A DNA stretch of 64,000 nt from a virus, in IMG/VR virus record IMGVR_UViG_3300050016_000047, positions 1 to 64,000 of that record; one strand, 5' to 3'. Below the pieces are notes generated by a model. That model had not been told where the DNA came from. It searched no databases and was given only the letters and a program-made list of their open reading frames with translations. Every line of letters starts with the position of its first letter. Within the stretch, counting starts at the first letter, position 1. The position numbers were made by a program, and so were the translations under genes. Of the stretch, positions 1 through 9,409 are shown in pieces.

Positions 1-246
1 CAATAGTAATAATCCACATCGCCGACTGAGAAGAATTCCCCCGTTCCGTCACATCCTATCGTAGAACATATATAAGCCATTTTAAACCCTCCTGAATTAG
101 TTAAAGCTTTACTTGAGATAATATCTCACTTGAGAATCCGTTCTAAGCGATTTTACCTTCAAAGTGTAGAATGGCTCCAACTTCACTTCTGCTACGCTCA
201 TATTGTCTGCTAGGCGGCAAGAAAACACTCTGTAGTGCCTCCGACT

Positions 247-1344
247 TCAAATCGGCAACCCTATTTCGGCTGCTTTTGCTTCTTCGGCCAGACGTTCGTC
301 CGTTTTGCGGATTTCCTCGTCGGCTTCCTCGCGTAATTTAGTTTTGAGTACTTCAGTACTGTTCCGCTCTGCGGACAACACTTCCGCCGACTTTACGAAG
401 AACCTCAAAATCTGCGGACCCTGCTCGATAAAATTCTTCGCGGCGAACTTAATCGTATAGTCGTCCAGTTGTGAGTAAAACTCCCGGAACGCACGAAGTA
501 CGTTTTCACTTCCAAACTCGGCTACTAGTTGTCCTAACTGAATTTGTTGAGCCGTGTTAAACCTAACCGTGTTTCCAGACACAAAAACAATTTCATCCAA
601 GGTCGCGGTTAAGTCTGGTGTTTGAGTTTTCTGGCTAACAACGATTCCGCCGGACTGATTCAAGAAAGCTTTAATCGGCCAACGTCCAGAATATCCATTC
701 GCCGCCCAAACCTTAAACGCGGCTAAAACAGATTCTTCGCCTACTGACTTTTCTAGTTCGTGAATTTCTTTCTTCCAGAATTTCTTTTCTTCCGGAAACA
801 AACCAAATTCCATTGCACTCAATACTATTGCAGATTCTAGCGGAACGGGTTTACTAAGCTTCTTTTCTTTACTTTCTTTTATTTCTTTTACTTTACTTTC
901 TTTTATTTTGTTCGTTTCTGTTGGGGGTGTGTTCAACACCTCTTGAACACCTGTTGAACACTCGTTGAACATCTGTTCATCGTCCGTTGAACAACGGGCA
1001 ACGCCCGATAGTAGTCCGGCACGCTTCTTAGAATAGATTCCACTTTCCCAATTTTTATAATCAGCTACAATCCTCTTTTGTTCCAGTAACTTCCCTGTTT
1101 TCTTAAACATACCCCTAACCGCAGGGGAGACTTTTAACCACTCTTCAAGAGACTCACAGTTAGCCAAAAACCACAGTCTGTTATCATCGTCTGGAAGGTA
1201 GGGTTGTTCGGGTACACAATATGCTTCGTGACACAACCACATATAGGCGTTTTTCTCTTCCCGCGTCATTCGGCGGACGGATTCCTCCGTCATAAACATG
1301 TTGTGTCGCCAAGGCTGATATTGTGGTTTACTGTCATTAGACAT
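247..1344 (-). CDS. Replication initiator-like protein (YdaU/DUF1376-like N-terminal wHTH) containing the origin iterons
   Basis: The N-terminus (QYQPW...EEKNAYMWLCHEAY...LPDDDNRLWFLA) resembles phage initiator N-termini. It is followed by an iteron-encoded linker and a Lys/Glu-rich tract, as in lambda O-type initiators. Start moved to the ATG at 1344. Confidence 0.65.
   Translation of the reverse strand: MSNDSKPQYQPWRHNMFMTEESVRRMTREEKNAYMWLCHEAYCVPEQPYLPDDDNRLWFLANCESLEEWLKVSPAVRGMFKKTGKLLEQKRIVADYKNWESGIYSKKRAGLLSGVARCSTDDEQMFNECSTGVQEVLNTPPTETNKIKESKVKEIKESKEKKLSKPVPLESAIVLSAMEFGLFPEEKKFWKKEIHELEKSVGEESVLAAFKVWAANGYSGRWPIKAFLNQSGGIVVSQKTQTPDLTATLDEIVFVSGNTVRFNTAQQIQLGQLVAEFGSENVLRAFREFYSQLDDYTIKFAAKNFIEQGPQILRFFVKSAEVLSAERNSTEVLKTKLREEADEEIRKTDERLAEEAKAAEIGLPI
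861..996. repeat. Putative replication origin: six tandem 11-bp iterons (consensus GTTGAACAyct, 931-996) next to an A/T-rich tract (861-910)
   Basis: gttcaacacct, cttgaacacct, gttgaacactc, gttgaacatct, gttcatcgtcc and gttgaacaacg lie at an exact 11-bp period inside the initiator gene. Confidence 0.7.
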
Positions 1345-2569
1345 TCGTATATACCTCTGCTGGAATACAAGTTTGTTCCGCGAATTCAGACTCGTCCGTT
1401 TTGCGGACAGGTTTAATTTTACTAATCCTAACCGGAGCGTTAACACGCTTTTTAGCTAATTCTAAGTAAGGGTCTCCTTCATTATAACACACATCACAAA
1501 GGATTGCTTTTCTATTTAATGACGCGGCTACTTGTCCGGTAGTACCGGAACCGCCGAACGGATCAAGAACAGTATCGTTTTCTCTACTGGCCGCGAGTAC
1601 ACATTTTCGCGGAAGTTCTTCTGGAAAAGTAGCGAAGTGAGCACCTTTATATGGTTGAGTAGGAAAAGTCCATACATTGCGGAGATTGCGCGTTTCAGGA
1701 ACTAGATATGTCTCTGCTTTTCCGTTACCACTAGGTTTAACATTGTTTGAAACTGCTTGACCTTTTGAAAAACTCTTTTCTCCCAATATAATATTTTTAC
1801 CTGCGTTAGCAGCTACTTCGGAAACTGCGTTTTTATCCCAATAATACTGTGCGGACTTAGTAAGCATTAATATATGTTCATACGCATCTGTTGGTCTGTC
1901 TTTACAGCTTTCAGGCATAGGATTTGGTTTGTGCCAAATTATATCTGACCTAACCCACCAACCATCTTCTTGCGCGGCTATGGCGATTCTTTGCGGGATT
2001 AAACAAAGGTCTTTTGGTTTCGCAGAACCAGTGTTTTTACCTAACGAACCAAGTTCTTGCGCGACTCCGGTGGCTCCGCGATTACTCGCTTGTTTAGAAG
2101 TTAAAGTATCTGTGCTTTTAATTCCTCTGTAGTTTCCCCCACCCGCGTAACTATCCCCTATATTCCAAAACACAACTCCGTCTTTTTTGAGAACTCGGCG
2201 TATTTCACGAAGGATTTCTACTGTATGGTCTATATACATTTTAAGAGTTGGTTCTAGTCCAAACGCCCCGCGCCAAGCACCACAGACACCACAGACACCC
2301 ACAATCTTTTCATCAGACATTAGCCGACCTTTGGTATCTGGTTTGCTGAACCCGGCCAATGTACTTTTATTACTGTATCCGCCCCCCGCTGCGGCTACAC
2401 TCTTTTCATTCCAAACATGGTCACATTCCGGCGAACCGCCCCAAATACTTTCTTGTTCCCCGGAGTACTTACGAAGACCCCAGTACGGGGGGCTGGTAAC
2501 TACACATTGTATAGATTCATCGGGTATTGGAAGATTCTTAGCATTCGCGGGCAACAGAACAACACTCAT
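1337..2569 (-). CDS. DNA methyltransferase, beta class (N4-cytosine/N6-adenine)
   Basis: TSPPYW catalytic motif, HFATFP, and VLDPFGGSGTTG SAM-binding motif. Confidence 0.93.
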   Translation of the reverse strand: MSVVLLPANAKNLPIPDESIQCVVTSPPYWGLRKYSGEQESIWGGSPECDHVWNEKSVAAAGGGYSNKSTLAGFSKPDTKGRLMSDEKIVGVCGVCGAWRGAFGLEPTLKMYIDHTVEILREIRRVLKKDGVVFWNIGDSYAGGGNYRGIKSTDTLTSKQASNRGATGVAQELGSLGKNTGSAKPKDLCLIPQRIAIAAQEDGWWVRSDIIWHKPNPMPESCKDRPTDAYEHILMLTKSAQYYWDKNAVSEVAANAGKNIILGEKSFSKGQAVSNNVKPSGNGKAETYLVPETRNLRNVWTFPTQPYKGAHFATFPEELPRKCVLAASRENDTVLDPFGGSGTTGQVAASLNRKAILCDVCYNEGDPYLELAKKRVNAPVRISKIKPVRKTDESEFAEQTCIPAEVYTNV

Positions 2570-3003
2570 ATATTAACCTCTTCCCATATAATACCACACT
2601 CGTCAAGATATTGCTTTGTCCGCAAAACGGACTCGTTCCAACGAGATAAATAATCCTCTGTCATAGTCGGCCAAACGAACCGGGATATTCCCGCCTGTAA
2701 GAGTGTAACACAACAGCGATCACACGGTGCTCCGCAAGAGAAATAACACGTATACCCGTTGACTCTTTCTCTAGCAAACAATACGGCGTTTACTTCTGCG
2801 TGTAGCGTCCTAGAATATTTGCTTTCGCGGTCGGCATATAATTCTGGTTTGTCCGGCATAATTTGTGCGAAACCGTTGAAACCCATAGAGCAAATTGTAT
2901 TGTCAGGTCTTGTAATTACCGCACCAACTTTTGTCGAAGGGTCTTTCGACCACGTAGCTATGTGCTGGGCAAGCTCTATAAATCTTCGGTCCCACTTGTT
3001 CAT
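2566..3003 (-). CDS. dCMP deaminase
   Basis: WSKDPSTKVGAVI, GFNG, HAEVNA, PCDRC zinc motifs. Confidence 0.92.
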   Translation of the reverse strand: MNKWDRRFIELAQHIATWSKDPSTKVGAVITRPDNTICSMGFNGFAQIMPDKPELYADRESKYSRTLHAEVNAVLFARERVNGYTCYFSCGAPCDRCCVTLLQAGISRFVWPTMTEDYLSRWNESVLRTKQYLDECGIIWEEVNI

Positions 3004-3917
3004 TTCTTTCCCTTCTTAACTTTAACAGGCTTTTTAGATTTTTTAACAAACTTCATATGTTCGTTTAAAATATCCATGGCCGAACCTAATAATAAGCAAC
3101 TATTAAAAGCTTCCATACCAAAGGTAAAAAGTGTTTCGTCCAGTGCCCACGGCTCGAACTTGCCATCTTCTTTACCTAGCCGTAAGATGAATCCGCCAGT
3201 CACAGCTTCATTTTGAAATTCTTCACAATACGCTTGTCTGTACGCGGAAACTTGCAAAATATATTCTTGGTGCAAAGCGTTACTCGATTTCCAATCAATA
3301 ATACTTAGTCGGTCGGCGAACTTGCTAGAACAGCATTTCTTATCTCGACACGAGTCCACCAGCGCCAGTCCATCCATAGTTCCGGCGTAACCGTACTGGC
3401 GGCTGTATATTTTCTTCTCCGTACTCTTCCAGCGAACGTTATGGAATTTCATCCACGCCAGTGCAGCTATAATACAGTTTAACGCGCGGTCATCTAAGTA
3501 TTCTTGATATGGGTAGTCGTAATCAACAATCCCGTCCGTATTGTGGATAGCGCAAATAATGGCACCTTCAATGTGTTGGTGCGCGATTTTACCTACGTTT
3601 CCAGCGTCTTCTAAAATATCTTTATGTGCAGACTTCGCGGACAGAAGCAAAGCGTTAAGTTCTCGCGGACTGAATAAATAAAACTCTTCCCCGGTCGGCC
3701 AATTAAAATCTTTATAATCTTCGGCCAGTAGCGCGGCCTTCTCTACAGTCTTCTTAGCCGCCCACGGAATAAGAAAAGTGCTTTTATCTATAATTTTTAC
3801 AATAGTAGAAACGTTCTTCTGCGGAATCCACTCCCGGCCTATTAACCGGGAGTAGACGTGTTTCCGCTGATCGAACTTAAGTAGTACTTCGTTGTTGTAG
3901 AAGTTATAGGTGTTCAT
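3000..3917 (-). CDS. PD-(D/E)XK exonuclease (Cas4/RecB-like)
   Basis: YAGTMD...IIDWKSS...LQVSAY motifs; lies next to SSB and ERF. Confidence 0.8.
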   Translation of the reverse strand: MNTYNFYNNEVLLKFDQRKHVYSRLIGREWIPQKNVSTIVKIIDKSTFLIPWAAKKTVEKAALLAEDYKDFNWPTGEEFYLFSPRELNALLLSAKSAHKDILEDAGNVGKIAHQHIEGAIICAIHNTDGIVDYDYPYQEYLDDRALNCIIAALAWMKFHNVRWKSTEKKIYSRQYGYAGTMDGLALVDSCRDKKCCSSKFADRLSIIDWKSSNALHQEYILQVSAYRQAYCEEFQNEAVTGGFILRLGKEDGKFEPWALDETLFTFGMEAFNSCLLLGSAMDILNEHMKFVKKSKKPVKVKKGKK

Positions 3918-4043
3918 ATAAATAACATGGAAGATGTTTATCCGCAGTTAGACAGTTTAAACACTTTCCACATCTAAAGTCTCCGTTCCTTCCTCCAAAC
4001 CCAATCCATCCTAAAAGGAATCCAATTAATATTCCTATGAATA

Positions 4044-4427
4044 TCAAAACGGTATGCTGTCCTCGTCTGTGATTTCTTCAGTTGCCTCCGAAGCCGTAGC
4101 TGCCGCAGCCTTCTCTAGCCTGCGTACAGTGTTAGCCACGATTTCTACCGAAGTCTTTTTCTCTCCCTTAGACTCGTACTCGCGGATTTGCAACCTTCCG
4201 TCCACAAGTACAAGGCTACCCTTGACTACGTTTTTCTGTACAATCTCGGCCAGCTTATCCCATGCCGTGACGTTTAGCCATAAAGTCTTCTTCTGCCACT
4301 CGCCAGAAGCATCTTTATAGCTTTCGTCTAAAGCGATGGAAAAGTTGGCGACTGCTTTACCCCCGGCGGTGTAACGTGTTTCCGGGTCCCTTCCTGCACG
4401 GCCTACTCCTGTGAATTTATTATACAT
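4044..4427 (-). CDS. ssb: Single-stranded DNA-binding protein
   Basis: GRDPETRYT, KGSLVLVDGRLQ, acidic C-terminal tail ending DSIPF. Confidence 0.96.
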   Translation of the reverse strand: MYNKFTGVGRAGRDPETRYTAGGKAVANFSIALDESYKDASGEWQKKTLWLNVTAWDKLAEIVQKNVVKGSLVLVDGRLQIREYESKGEKKTSVEIVANTVRRLEKAAAATASEATEEITDEDSIPF

Positions 4428-4584
4428 ATCTTTCTCTCCTATTAAATATTGAATTGCTAAGCGTCATAAGTTTTCTTTTGACACTCCTTACAAACTCGTC
4501 TAAATCTAAAACTGAGTTTCTTCGTGTTTGGAAAATCTGTATCTTCTTTGTCTGTTTTACAAGTGTAACAGTTTATAAGCATTT

Positions 4585-5472
4585 TTATCCGGCCAGTAGT
4601 TCAGCCAATCTTCCTTCGGTAGTAGCTTCGTCCAGACGCCCCAATGTGGTTAACCACTGGGCCTTAGTAAGCGCCTTAGTGTCACTGACTCCGTTAAATC
4701 CTAGAACGTAGTGTTGTAGTTTGTCCGCGCCATCTTCAATGTTCTTCTCCGGCAGGATTACATTGATATATTGGCGAAGATGTTTAATAAAAGCTGTTTT
4801 CTCTTGTTTAGTAGGTAGTTCGTTGTTTAGTCCGCTCGCGTACGTTGCAGGCAGAGTTTCAGATTTTGTTTGTCCGCTTACGGACGGAGTGTTTGTAGTA
4901 GGAACGGGAGCCGCTGTCGTCTTAGGAAGTAGTTTTGGTTGTGAAAAGTCTTTTGGTGTGTGGACGGTTCCCTCGGATTTTTTTCCATCCTCTGCCTCCG
5001 GGTCGTCGCCAGTCGGTACAAAGAAAGCTTTCATTAGGAAGTACTTAGAACTTCCCGTCATAGCTTTGTATACGCCTTTGTCGCCCTTATCTTGGCCGGA
5101 ACCGGGTATAATACACTCTCTTGTTTCGCCAGTCTCGGCGTCTTCAAAAGTCCAGCGGACCATCAGGTTAGTAATGTCGCCAGAAGCGTTAGAAATGGTG
5201 TTTTGACTTATAATTGATGGGTATACGAAAATCTTTCGTTTGGTTAGCTCTTTACGCAAAGCATCAACAATATCCGCCTCGCGGACATAAGCATAGTTGT
5301 GAAACTTATTAAAGCCGTTCTTAGGTACGTAGCCAATTACTTCCATGATTTCGCACAGCTTAGTTACTAGTCTTTTTGTTGGTAGAGTTTGATTTTGTGC
5401 CTGCTTGAGTAAGTCCGGCTGAATATACATATTATCTGTTCGTACCGCCGCTTGTCCTGTTCCAGTTTCCAT
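4585..5472 (-). CDS. ERF-family single-strand annealing recombinase
   Basis: VPKNGFNKFHNYAYV...GSGQDKGDKGVYKAMTGSSKYFLMKAF..PTGDDPE. Confidence 0.88.
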   Translation of the reverse strand: METGTGQAAVRTDNMYIQPDLLKQAQNQTLPTKRLVTKLCEIMEVIGYVPKNGFNKFHNYAYVREADIVDALRKELTKRKIFVYPSIISQNTISNASGDITNLMVRWTFEDAETGETRECIIPGSGQDKGDKGVYKAMTGSSKYFLMKAFFVPTGDDPEAEDGKKSEGTVHTPKDFSQPKLLPKTTAAPVPTTNTPSVSGQTKSETLPATYASGLNNELPTKQEKTAFIKHLRQYINVILPEKNIEDGADKLQHYVLGFNGVSDTKALTKAQWLTTLGRLDEATTEGRLAELLAG

Positions 5473-5973
5473 ATTTTCTCCTATTTCGATTGTACCACAG
5501 GTTTAACTTTATTGATTTTTTGTCCGCAAGTCTTGCAGATTTTTGGTTTTCCTTCCAAAATATCAAGTCTGTTTCGTAGTGAATCAAATGTAGTTTTTAG
5601 TTCGTGATATGTATAATAAGTTCCGCTGATACTACAATCCCAATTCATATCCAAGCCCAGAATGCTAGATAACTGTCTTAAAGTATTTGGGATTTATATA
5701 CTTAACAATTGGGATATTCTGTTTTTCCTGCGACACGATTTATTGGTTCAAGTTGAACTCCCATGAGGTGCCTATTCACGTACCCATTGCTTTTATGTTC
5801 AAGAAGATAGGCTTCGACTTCTGGCAAGTCAACATCAAAGGTCGTATAATAGGTGTCACACGTCGCCCCATTCACGTTTGCTGCGGCTCCCCTATCCTCC
5901 GTTCTGATTATGATTCTAAGCACGTTAAAGTCCCCCTCAATTGTTAAGTATATAAATCCCCTCTGTTTTCATA

Positions 5974-6714
5974 CTATCCTCCACATTCGCAAGGACCGAT
6001 GTCGATGGACTCGCGCCGCTTTACTTCGCGCTTGAGACCGTCTCTCTCAAGATCAGTAAGGGAAACGTGGCCCGTAAACATCTGATGACCAAAGAACGTC
6101 TCTTGCTGTTTCCGCTGCTCGAAAATTTCCGGAGCATTTTCCTTTACGGCCAACCAATACGCTTTGCCGCCCTTAACGCAGCCAACACAATTGGCATGAT
6201 CAGACCAAGCATACATTGCCGATGGTCGCACTCCGAGCGAAAGACACCAGTCGGCACACTGTTGCTTTGTGATGCCTTCTTCCGCAATCGGGAAACGAAT
6301 CGCCCATCCGCCTTGCTCGGCGTACATCGTGTACCGTTGTATGCGTTGCCATTCGAGTGCCGAGAACCCGAACAGGCGAATAATCTCATCGACGCCCGAT
6401 GCTCGCAGTTCGTCCATAAACTTACGACCCGGAATGACCTTCAATTCTTCCGAGCAGAATCCCATGCGGCTACTGGCCATGGCGTGATGGGCGTCGAACA
6501 CTTCATCCAAACTTCGCCCGTCAGATCGTTCAATGATCGGCATATTGAGAGCCGCTGCCATCTCCGTTAGGAATCGATACGTATCAGGATGCTCAGCCTT
6601 AGTATCATGGAAAAGCAAGACAATCTCATTTCGCGGGTAGTTTCTAAGCGCCCATCCGGCACACCACGCGGAGGTAACCCCGCCAGAAAACCCAACAATG
6701 ATTCGTCTCGTCAT
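5974..6714 (-). CDS. PAPS-reductase-like PP-loop protein
   Basis: FSGGVTSA PP-loop, DTKAEHPDTYRFL, CSEELK, HANCVGCVKGG, C-terminal CEC. Confidence 0.8.
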   Translation of the reverse strand: MTRRIIVGFSGGVTSAWCAGWALRNYPRNEIVLLFHDTKAEHPDTYRFLTEMAAALNMPIIERSDGRSLDEVFDAHHAMASSRMGFCSEELKVIPGRKFMDELRASGVDEIIRLFGFSALEWQRIQRYTMYAEQGGWAIRFPIAEEGITKQQCADWCLSLGVRPSAMYAWSDHANCVGCVKGGKAYWLAVKENAPEIFEQRKQQETFFGHQMFTGHVSLTDLERDGLKREVKRRESIDIGPCECGG

Positions 6715-7023
6715 CGGGCCTCTGCATCAAACCAAGTCTTACCATTTGTGACTTTCTCATAAGTGGTTCGTTTGCCAGCACATGCTTGAACAAGACTAGC
6801 AAGGCGCGCCATCGTGTGCCGCGACACTTTGCCAGCATTCAAGCGAAATGCAAATAATTCCCAAGTATTTTGTTGTCTTCCAAACGCTAATAATAGATCG
6901 CCTACAATTTTTTTATCGTTGTTTTCTATTTCTTCTAGGGCTTTGGCTCGACTAAAAAACATATTTGTTACTCCTATCTGAATTAAATCGCTTTCTTCCC
7001 ACGTCATGTTTTACTCCTAAAAT

Positions 7024-7097
7024 TGGTAGCGAGAGCGGGAATCGAACCCGCAACTCCAGCTTATGAGACTGGCGAAATACCATTTTTCCATCTCGCA
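7024..7097 (-). tRNA. tRNA with CAT anticodon (Met or Ile2)
   Basis: Cloverleaf with anticodon arm CCAGT-CTCATAA-GCTGG, TTCGATT T-loop, encoded CCA, and a 1:72 mismatch. Confidence 0.9.
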
Positions 7098-7099
7098 GT

Positions 7100-7174
7100 T
7101 GGTGTGGGACGAGTGAGATTTTAACTCACAGTAAATCAGCTTTGTCGGCCAGCGTCTAATTCCGCCATCGTCCC
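7100..7174 (-). ncRNA. Degenerate tRNA-like element
   Basis: Acceptor GGGACGA/TCGTCCC, Leu-like D arm TGGCGGAATTAGACGC, T arm GTGAG-TTAAAAT-CTCAC, 3' end ACACCA. The anticodon arm is irregular. Confidence 0.55.
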
Positions 7175-7178
7175 GAAT

Positions 7179-7271
7179 TGGTACTAGACCGTGGTATCGG
7201 GCCACGCCGTCGCCCCAGTCCGGGGCTTTCGCTGGCTTATAAGGCCAACCCGCACGCCTGTGCTGTCTAGC
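7179..7271 (-). tRNA. Atypical tRNA, TAT anticodon (Ile by anticodon), long variable arm
   Basis: Acceptor GCTAGAC/GTCTAGT-A-CCA, anticodon arm TTGGC-CTTATAA-GCCAG, variable hairpin GCCCCGG-A-CTGGGGC, T arm CGTGG-CCCGATA-CCACG. Confidence 0.7.
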
Positions 7272-7454
7272 TCAAATGTAGTAAAATAGTAGCCCACACT
7301 AGTAGGCCAATTGAACAAAGTAAAGAAACTACATCGTAACCTATCCCGGCATCCAAATCGGAATAGTGATAATTAGTGAGTTTTGAAGTTGTCAGTAGGC
7401 CGCCGATACTACTCATTACTATAATTACGATTAAAAATGCTTCTAAAGATGTTT

Positions 7455-9383
7455 TCATAAGTCACACTGTCCTGAACTGCAAGCTGGTTCCAAACTTCCG
7501 CTTGTATTGTCTATTGTCTCATACATTTGAAGTTTTGTCCAGTCTATTTTCGGCATATCTTTAACTCGTTGATTATATTCAACTTCTGACATTTCTGAGT
7601 ACGGAGCCTGCTTATATATATGTCCATCGTCTGAATAAGGGAGGAAACTAATCCCGCCGATTTTATCAAAGTTCCTGTATACCCACGACGCCACATCTAG
7701 CCACTCGTTTCCGCGAACATATACCGTACAGCTTGGATTGTGTTCGCACCAGTGTTCTCGGTACACTAAATAAAGGTCTAACTGTTGCAAAGCTGTGATT
7801 TCTGTCCGTATTACGGACGATTCGGCGGCCTTGACAGGGAAATAAAATACGTCTACGTTCTGTGCTGTGGATGCTCCCGGCTCACTGGGAACGCCAGAAG
7901 CCTTTAGAAGCTCACTAACAGGGTCTTTGGACGCGTTCCTAACCGCACGTAAATAGTGTCGGCTATAGCTAGGATGTATGCCGGAGCTACACCCCATAAG
8001 TTGACTCACGGTTCCGCTAGGTTTGACACAAGTAATCGCGGCGGACTGTTTAATCCCTAAATTATCCGCCCACTTCTTGTTAGTGGTTATAGCGACTTTT
8101 CTAAGAGCGTCTAAAGTTTCGGCTAGTTTGCCTCCCGGTCTGGTATCTTTTAAATCGCCGCCGACCGTAAGACGATTGTCCATAATTCCGGTAAGACTAA
8201 CTCCTAGTAGTCGCTCAGCCTCGCAGTTCTTCTTCCAGATTGGCCGCAGATACCTAAAGTCAGTTACCGTACTTTGCAGCGTTCCGATAATCGCGGCGAT
8301 TCGAACTTTACGCTTTAAACTTTCTAAATCGTCATCTTCTCTAATAACTACTTCAGAGAGATTGCAGAACTGACAACTGCGGAGTAAAATTTCTCCGCAA
8401 GGATTGGTTCCGAACTCAATGTCTTCAACGACTCTGCGTTCATTTTTTGCAGCCTGTAGTTTTGCAGCTTCTCTATTAAAGATTCCTCGTTCTCCACTTT
8501 TGGATTCATAAAGACTTGTCCACTCCTTTAAGAATATACCCATATCAGGCTTATCTGTGAATACAGCAGAATTGTTAGCAAGTTCGCGGTGCTGGTAGTC
8601 GTCCCACCACTTACCAGTCTTGGCGTCCCGCATACGGTCGTCAGATAGGTTGCTTAGACTAATCATAGCAGATCGCCGAACTCCGCCAGCTACCACCACA
8701 CTTGCAATCTTACAGAGCAAATCGTGACATTCTATACTTGTGAGTTTTCGCCCGGCGGCTTCTTTGAATAGATAAACCGTAAATCTGAATAACTCGTCCA
8801 GTGGTCCGGGTCCAGAACTTCGCCCACCAAATGTTTTAAGCACGGCTCCCGCCGGACGTAGCAAACTCAAATCCCACTTAGGAATCATGCCGCCATACAG
8901 AAGACTGATTAGTTCTTTAAATCCGCGCGCCCAGCCGATTCGACTATCTTGAATTTTTATAACTGTGTTTGATTCAAAAAATTCTTCAGCGATTACGGGC
9001 AAATGAGTAATATACTGTCGTTCCACGGAGAAACCAACTCCGGTCCCACACATAGAAATATACATCGCTTCGTCAAACGCTCGCGGATTGTCTATAGCTA
9101 AATATGCACAGTTGTATCCAGCGACGTTATCGCGGTCTAACGCGGGTCCGGCAGACCAAAACGCACGCATACTAGGCATGACTTCACCGTAGTAAATAGC
9201 ATCGTAGATTTCTTTAGATGTTTTCTCTCTTAGGTCTTTAGGTATTCGCGGCTTGAAATACTCTACATATCGAGTTACGGTTTCAGGCCAAGTCTCGCGG
9301 CGTTTTTTCTCGTTATTCCATCGGGAGTAGCGGCTAACGTAAATAAATTCTTGGTACGGCGTCATCAAAGGCTCAGTAGTCAA
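7455..9383 (-). CDS. nrdJ: Class II (adenosylcobalamin-dependent) ribonucleotide reductase
   Basis: YNC, GTGVGFS, VVAGGVRRSA, TNPCGEI, CNLSEV, TCVKPSGTVS, and the C-terminal CSSGQC cysteine pair. Confidence 0.95.
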   Translation of the reverse strand: MTTEPLMTPYQEFIYVSRYSRWNNEKKRRETWPETVTRYVEYFKPRIPKDLREKTSKEIYDAIYYGEVMPSMRAFWSAGPALDRDNVAGYNCAYLAIDNPRAFDEAMYISMCGTGVGFSVERQYITHLPVIAEEFFESNTVIKIQDSRIGWARGFKELISLLYGGMIPKWDLSLLRPAGAVLKTFGGRSSGPGPLDELFRFTVYLFKEAAGRKLTSIECHDLLCKIASVVVAGGVRRSAMISLSNLSDDRMRDAKTGKWWDDYQHRELANNSAVFTDKPDMGIFLKEWTSLYESKSGERGIFNREAAKLQAAKNERRVVEDIEFGTNPCGEILLRSCQFCNLSEVVIREDDDLESLKRKVRIAAIIGTLQSTVTDFRYLRPIWKKNCEAERLLGVSLTGIMDNRLTVGGDLKDTRPGGKLAETLDALRKVAITTNKKWADNLGIKQSAAITCVKPSGTVSQLMGCSSGIHPSYSRHYLRAVRNASKDPVSELLKASGVPSEPGASTAQNVDVFYFPVKAAESSVIRTEITALQQLDLYLVYREHWCEHNPSCTVYVRGNEWLDVASWVYRNFDKIGGISFLPYSDDGHIYKQAPYSEMSEVEYNQRVKDMPKIDWTKLQMYETIDNTSGSLEPACSSGQCDL

Positions 9384-9409
9384 TTTGTTCTTTCTGTCCG
9401 TTTTGCGGA

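Noticed and set aside
7017-7205. Short ORFs over the tRNA clusters (also 34223..34635)
   Set aside because: They overlap well-formed tRNA genes and have no protein features.
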